Shown here piece after piece: positions 59,939 through 64,000 of a stretch of DNA of 64,000 nucleotides (within the stretch, counting starts at the first letter, position 1; every line of letters begins with the position of its first letter). The translations under genes were made by a program, and so were the position numbers. The DNA is from an uncultured Acidobacteriota bacterium (lineage in GTDB: Bacteria; Acidobacteriota; Vicinamibacteria; Vicinamibacterales; 2-12-FULL-66-21): contig CAVQXJ010000025.1 in the NCBI GenBank assembly GCA_963717745.1, positions 106,817 to 170,816 on the forward strand, written 5' to 3'. Below the pieces are notes generated by a model. That model saw only the letters and a list, made by a program, of their open reading frames with translations. It had not been told where the DNA came from and searched no databases.

Positions 59939-60550
59939 ATGGAACTGTCGCTCAGCAAACTTCCCATCCACTGGCAGATTGGTGCATTCGTGCTCGTGTC
60001 GGCGGGCGCGGTCTTTGGCTTCTGGAACTTCTACGTGTCCGAGCTCAATACCGATATCGAGATGCGGCAGTCGCGCCTGGTCGCGATGAAGGCCGACATC
60101 GCCAAGGGCGTCGCGGCCGAGAAGCAGTTACCGCGCTTCCGGGAGCAGGTCACCGAGCTCGAGAGCCGGCTGGAGAATCTGCGGCAGGTGCTGCCCGAGG
60201 AGAAGGACGTCGCGGACACGCTCCGGCGCATCCAGGGGCTCGCCACCCGCTCCAATCTGGCGATTCAGCGCTTCCAGCCAGGCAAGGTGGTTCAGCAGAA
60301 GATGTATGCGGAAATTCCGTACCGGTTGGAGGCGGAGGGGACGTATCACAACCTCGGCGCGTTCTTCGACCAGATCAGCAAGTTCCCACGCATCATCAAC
60401 ATCAGCGAGATCAAGATCCGCGCGAAGCAGCCGGTCGAGCCGAACCGCACCATCATCGCCGAGTGCGTGGCCACGACGTTCGTGCTGCTCGAAGGTGCGA
60501 TTGCCAGTAAGGGAGGGACGGTTCCGAAGCAGCCGTCACTGGGTAAATGA
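59939..60550 (+). CDS. pilO: type IV pilus assembly protein PilO
   Basis: 203 aa with an N-terminal TM helix, a coiled coil, and then ...YAEIPYRLEAEGTYHNLGAFFDQISKFPRIINISEIKI. It sits in the conserved position in pilMNOPQ. Confidence 0.85.
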   Translation: MELSLSKLPIHWQIGAFVLVSAGAVFGFWNFYVSELNTDIEMRQSRLVAMKADIAKGVAAEKQLPRFREQVTELESRLENLRQVLPEEKDVADTLRRIQGLATRSNLAIQRFQPGKVVQQKMYAEIPYRLEAEGTYHNLGAFFDQISKFPRIINISEIKIRAKQPVEPNRTIIAECVATTFVLLEGAIASKGGTVPKQPSLGK

Positions 60551-61077
60551 GCGTACTCGCCCCCGTCGTCGAGGTCGCGTTCATGACTCGCCTGTTCCGG
60601 ATGATGGCCGCGGCGGTCATCTGCGCCAGTGTGTGGTCTACCGGCTTGTCGGCACAGCAGAAGCCGGAGGCGCCGGCCCGTCCGAGCCCGACCACCGGCA
60701 CTTCGGCACCAGCATCGGATCCGACGCCCCCGTACAGCTACAACCCTGAGGGCCGGCGTGACCCCTTCATCAGCCTGCTGTCTCGCGGCAGCGATCCCGG
60801 GTCGGCGACCAACCGTCCGTCCGGCCTGGCGGGGTTGCTGATCGCTGAAGTCGCGGTCAAGGGGATCATCCGCGACCGCACCGGCTTCATCGCCATGGTC
60901 CAGGGCACCGCGCCCAAGACCTTCACGATACGACCGGGCGACAAGCTGATGGACGGAACGGTCAAGGCGATCACCGCCGACAGCGTCGTGTTCTCCGAGG
61001 ATGTGAACGATCCACTCTCCATGGTGAAGCAGAAGGAAGTCCGGAAGACGGTTCGACCGGCCGACGGCGGACGGTAG
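60547..61077 (+). CDS. pilP: type IV pilus assembly protein PilP
   Basis: 176 aa, ...YSYNPEGRRDPF........L.G.............A.V.......F.I..GD.L.DG.V..I....V.F. Position-based call plus the RDPF motif. Confidence 0.75.
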   Translation: MSVLAPVVEVAFMTRLFRMMAAAVICASVWSTGLSAQQKPEAPARPSPTTGTSAPASDPTPPYSYNPEGRRDPFISLLSRGSDPGSATNRPSGLAGLLIAEVAVKGIIRDRTGFIAMVQGTAPKTFTIRPGDKLMDGTVKAITADSVVFSEDVNDPLSMVKQKEVRKTVRPADGGR

Positions 61078-61122
61078 CAAGGTGAGGCGGATACCTCGTT
61101 ATTTCTCGAGAGAGCCCAACCG

Positions 61123-63681
61123 ATGATGGCGTACAAGGCAGCAGCAGTCACGACCGCGCTCCGGCGCGCGACGCTCGGCATCGCCGGCGCGACGGTCGTA
61201 TCCGCGGCGGTCGCCGGCAGCATCCTGCTGACGGCCGCATCCGCGTCGATCCGCCTCCTGAGCGTGACGACGCAGGGAGCGGCGGTGGTGATCGAGGCGA
61301 CCGAGCCGGTGGCGTATAGCGTCAGCCGGCCTGACGCGTTGACGCTGCTCGTCGACCTGCGGAACGTAGCCGTGGCGGAGGCGACGACCCGGGTGGATCC
61401 GAAAGGCCCGATCACCGCGGTCCGGCTCGAACAGGCCACAGCTCCGGACGGCCTCGGGGTGGCCCGGGTTCGCATCTCTCTCGCGCGCGCCGCCGAATAC
61501 AAAGTGCGAAGCAGCCGCAACGCGATCAGGGTGGAGTTGAGCGGCCCCTCGACCCCGCTCGGGGCAGGTCCGGCGTCCGCTGCGGCTGCGGCTCCGATCG
61601 CGTCGGCGACACCGCCGGTCGTGCCCGCGTCGCGCGAGGCGGCGATCGGACCGGTGCGGACCGCAGAGAAGCCGGACGCTCCGGTCAAAACCGCCGGCCC
61701 TGCTGGAGTCGCGGAGGAGGCGGCGGTGCCGGGGCCGATGGCCACGTCCATCGAGCGCGTCCGCACCACCCGGAACGGGAAATCGACCATCGTCACGATC
61801 TCCGGCAACGGCAGGCTCACCCCGACCGGTGTCACCGAATCGCGCGACCTGCCGCGGCGGGTGATTCTCGACTTTCCGAACGTGTCGCCAGCCGCCCCGG
61901 GTCCGACCCCCGGCGACGGCGAACTGGTGCGCCGGGTCCGCGTCGCGCTGAACAACAACACGCCGCTCGTGACCCGGGTGGTGATGGAGATTTCCGACAC
62001 CGCGACCTACACCGTCCGCCGCAATTCGCCGACCGAGCGCGAGCTCACGCTGGTGTTCGACCGGCCGTCGCCCGCCGGCACCTCGGGCAGCGCCGCCGCA
62101 AAGGAAGATGCGGCCCTGGCGGCCTTCGGCGGCGAGACGATCACGCTGGCGCAGGCCCTGGTCAACGGCGCGCCGCTGGCTCCGCCATCCGACGCGACGA
62201 TTAGCAGTGGCGCGATGTCCGCGTTGAAGACCTCGGGCATCGCGGCTCGAGCCACGGCCACGCCAGCGCCCGCCGTCGGGGTGCAGGCGCAGCCGCCGGC
62301 CCCGGCGCCCGCCACTTCTCAATCTCCGGCCCCGGTTCCGACCACCCCGGCGCCCGCCACGTCACCAATCCTGCAGCCGAACGAGAACCAGATCGCCACC
62401 GGCCAGGAGAAGAAGTACACCGGCCATCCGATCAGCATGGATTTCCAGGGCGTCGATCTGCGCTCGGTGCTGCGGACATTCGCCGAGATCAGCGGCCTCA
62501 ACATGGTCATCGATCCCGACGTCCAGGGCACGGTCGACATCGTGCTCACCGACGTGCCGTGGGATCAGGCGCTCTCGGTGATCCTCGGCGGCAATCAGCT
62601 CGATTACACCGTCGACGGCACCATCGTCCGGATTGCCAAGATTGAGACGCTGCGGCGCGAGCAGGACGCGCGGACCCAGCTGGCCCAGTCGGCGGCGAAC
62701 GCCGGGGCGCTTGCCGTCCGGACCTACGCGCTGAGTTATGCGAAGGCGGATCAGGCCGCTCCGCTCGTGAGGAGCTCGGTGCTCTCCCCGCGCGGCAACG
62801 TCCAGATCGATGCCCGCACCAACACGCTGATCATCACCGACCTTCCGGCGCGTCTCGACACCGTCTCGTCGCTGCTCGGCACCATTGACCGCGCCGAACC
62901 GCAGGTGGAGATCGAGGCGCGAATCATCACGACGACCCGCGACTACGCGCGCGCGCTCGGCGTGCAGTGGGGCTTCAACGGTCGCGCCAACTCGACGATC
63001 GGCAATACCACCAACCTGACGTTCCCGAACAACGGCTCGCTCGGCGGGCGGGTGGGGTCACAGGGCGCGGCCCAGAGCGGCGACACCCGCGCCAATCCGG
63101 TCGACGACGTCGGGACCGCCGTGAACCTGGCGGCGGAGGCGGCATCGAGCGCGGTGGGCCTGGCGCTGGGATCGATCAACGGCGCGTTCAACCTCGACGT
63201 CGCGCTCTCGGCGCTGGAGCGTCAGGGCAAGGGACGCATCCTCTCCACGCCGCGGGTGACGACGCAGAACAACGTCGAGGCGGAGATCACCCAGGGCGTG
63301 CAGATTCCGGTGCAGACCGAGGCCAACAACACCATCACGGTGACGTTCAAGGATGCGGCGCTCACGCTGAAAGTGACGCCGCAGATCACCGCGGCCAACA
63401 CCGTGATCATGCAGATCACGCTCGAGAACGCCACGCCGGGTACCCCGGTGCAGGGCATTCCGTCGATCAATACCCAGCGCGCCATCACCCGCGTGCAGGT
63501 GTCCGACGGGATGACCACGGTCATGGGCGGCATCTTCGTCAGCCGCGAATCCACGGTCCAGGACCGGACGCCCGTCCTGCACCGCATCCCGTTCCTCGGC
63601 TGGCTGTTCAAACGGGACAACCAGACCGACAGCAGCGACGAGCTCCTCATTTTCATTACGCCGAGAATTCAGAAGGGCTAG
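61123..63681 (+). CDS. pilQ: type IV pilus secretin PilQ with two N-terminal AMIN-like domains
   Basis: 852 aa. AMIN-like blocks: LLSVTTQGAAVVIEATEPVAYSV...LLVDLRNV and TIVTISGNGRLTPTGVTESRDLPRRVILDFPNV. Then ISMDFQGVDLRSVLRTFAEISGLNMVIDPDVQGTV. Secretin core: STPRVTTQNNVEAEITQGVQIPV...VTPQITA.NTV.M.I.....TRV.V.DG.T.V.GGI.......PVL..IP.LGWLFK......ELLIFITPRI. Confidence 0.92.
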   Translation: MMAYKAAAVTTALRRATLGIAGATVVSAAVAGSILLTAASASIRLLSVTTQGAAVVIEATEPVAYSVSRPDALTLLVDLRNVAVAEATTRVDPKGPITAVRLEQATAPDGLGVARVRISLARAAEYKVRSSRNAIRVELSGPSTPLGAGPASAAAAAPIASATPPVVPASREAAIGPVRTAEKPDAPVKTAGPAGVAEEAAVPGPMATSIERVRTTRNGKSTIVTISGNGRLTPTGVTESRDLPRRVILDFPNVSPAAPGPTPGDGELVRRVRVALNNNTPLVTRVVMEISDTATYTVRRNSPTERELTLVFDRPSPAGTSGSAAAKEDAALAAFGGETITLAQALVNGAPLAPPSDATISSGAMSALKTSGIAARATATPAPAVGVQAQPPAPAPATSQSPAPVPTTPAPATSPILQPNENQIATGQEKKYTGHPISMDFQGVDLRSVLRTFAEISGLNMVIDPDVQGTVDIVLTDVPWDQALSVILGGNQLDYTVDGTIVRIAKIETLRREQDARTQLAQSAANAGALAVRTYALSYAKADQAAPLVRSSVLSPRGNVQIDARTNTLIITDLPARLDTVSSLLGTIDRAEPQVEIEARIITTTRDYARALGVQWGFNGRANSTIGNTTNLTFPNNGSLGGRVGSQGAAQSGDTRANPVDDVGTAVNLAAEAASSAVGLALGSINGAFNLDVALSALERQGKGRILSTPRVTTQNNVEAEITQGVQIPVQTEANNTITVTFKDAALTLKVTPQITAANTVIMQITLENATPGTPVQGIPSINTQRAITRVQVSDGMTTVMGGIFVSRESTVQDRTPVLHRIPFLGWLFKRDNQTDSSDELLIFITPRIQKG

Positions 63682-63684
63682 CAG

Positions 63685-64000
63685 ATGATGGCGCAACGAA
63701 TCTTCCGTCTTGGACTGGTGGCGGTGGCGCTGGCGTCAGCGTCGTGCGGCGGCGTGGTGCGCGAAGGCAACGGCACCTCGTTCTTGATCATCCAGGCACT
63801 GGAGGCGGTGTCCGGCGCGCAGCCCGGCCAGTTCAGCACCGGTCTGCAGTCCGACGTCATTACGGTCGTGGACGACGTCCCGACGATTTTCAGTGACAGC
63901 GGCCGCGTTACCTTTCAGCTGGGACTGAAGGATGCCGGGCCGCCAGGCGCGCCGGCCCAGCCGTCGCCGAATCAGTCGATCACTGTCGACCGATACCGGG
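63685..64000 (+). CDS. hypothetical lipoprotein (5' part; runs off the window end)
   Basis: My own translation: MMAQRIFRLGLVAVALASASCGGVVREGNGTSFLIIQALEAVSGAQPGQFSTGLQSDVITVVDD... It has a lipobox (LASASC) and stays open to the window end. Confidence 0.55.
   Translation, partial: MMAQRIFRLGLVAVALASASCGGVVREGNGTSFLIIQALEAVSGAQPGQFSTGLQSDVITVVDDVPTIFSDSGRVTFQLGLKDAGPPGAPAQPSPNQSITVDRYR

Overview
Visibly GC-rich chromosomal segment from a diderm bacterium (LolA, two secretins, PilMNOPQ). The style reminds me of Acidobacteriota-like genomes, but that is only an impression. Gene content is almost entirely housekeeping. In order: a partial metalloprotease, a PHP hydrolase, groES-groEL, purC, nrdR, a DUF4390/NtrY-like kinase/sigma54-activator trio, ftcD, RDD-pgpA-cinA, plsY-gpsA, ftsY, ribD-ribE-ribBA, ffh-rpsP-KH-rimM-trmD-rplS-rnhB, thiE, PolX, nagZ-ldcA-mpl-pxpB-pxpC-murB-murA, an orphan secretin plus lolA, a second PolX-like gene, a pseudokinase/PEGA giant, tRNA-Ala(CGC), dedA, thrC, rplM-rpsI-rpsB-tsf-pyrH-frr, pilMNOPQ. 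Two window-wide signals are not explained by the gene list. (1) At least 11 intergenic gaps hold long imperfect hairpin elements. Their arms are built from short tandem units, they fall into five sequence families, and their centres differ between copies. They sit tightly between stop codons and the next start. I do not recognise them as any named repeat family, and they are my best candidate for something undescribed. (2) About 33 single-base frame disruptions, mostly behaving as one extra base, break otherwise well conserved genes including groEL, murA, murB, thrC and pilN. 19 of the 33 lie in the 35.3-42.6 kb nagZ-to-murA block. Assembly or consensus error is the most economical explanation but needs read-level confirmation. 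I saw no CRISPR array, rRNA gene, transposase or integrase.
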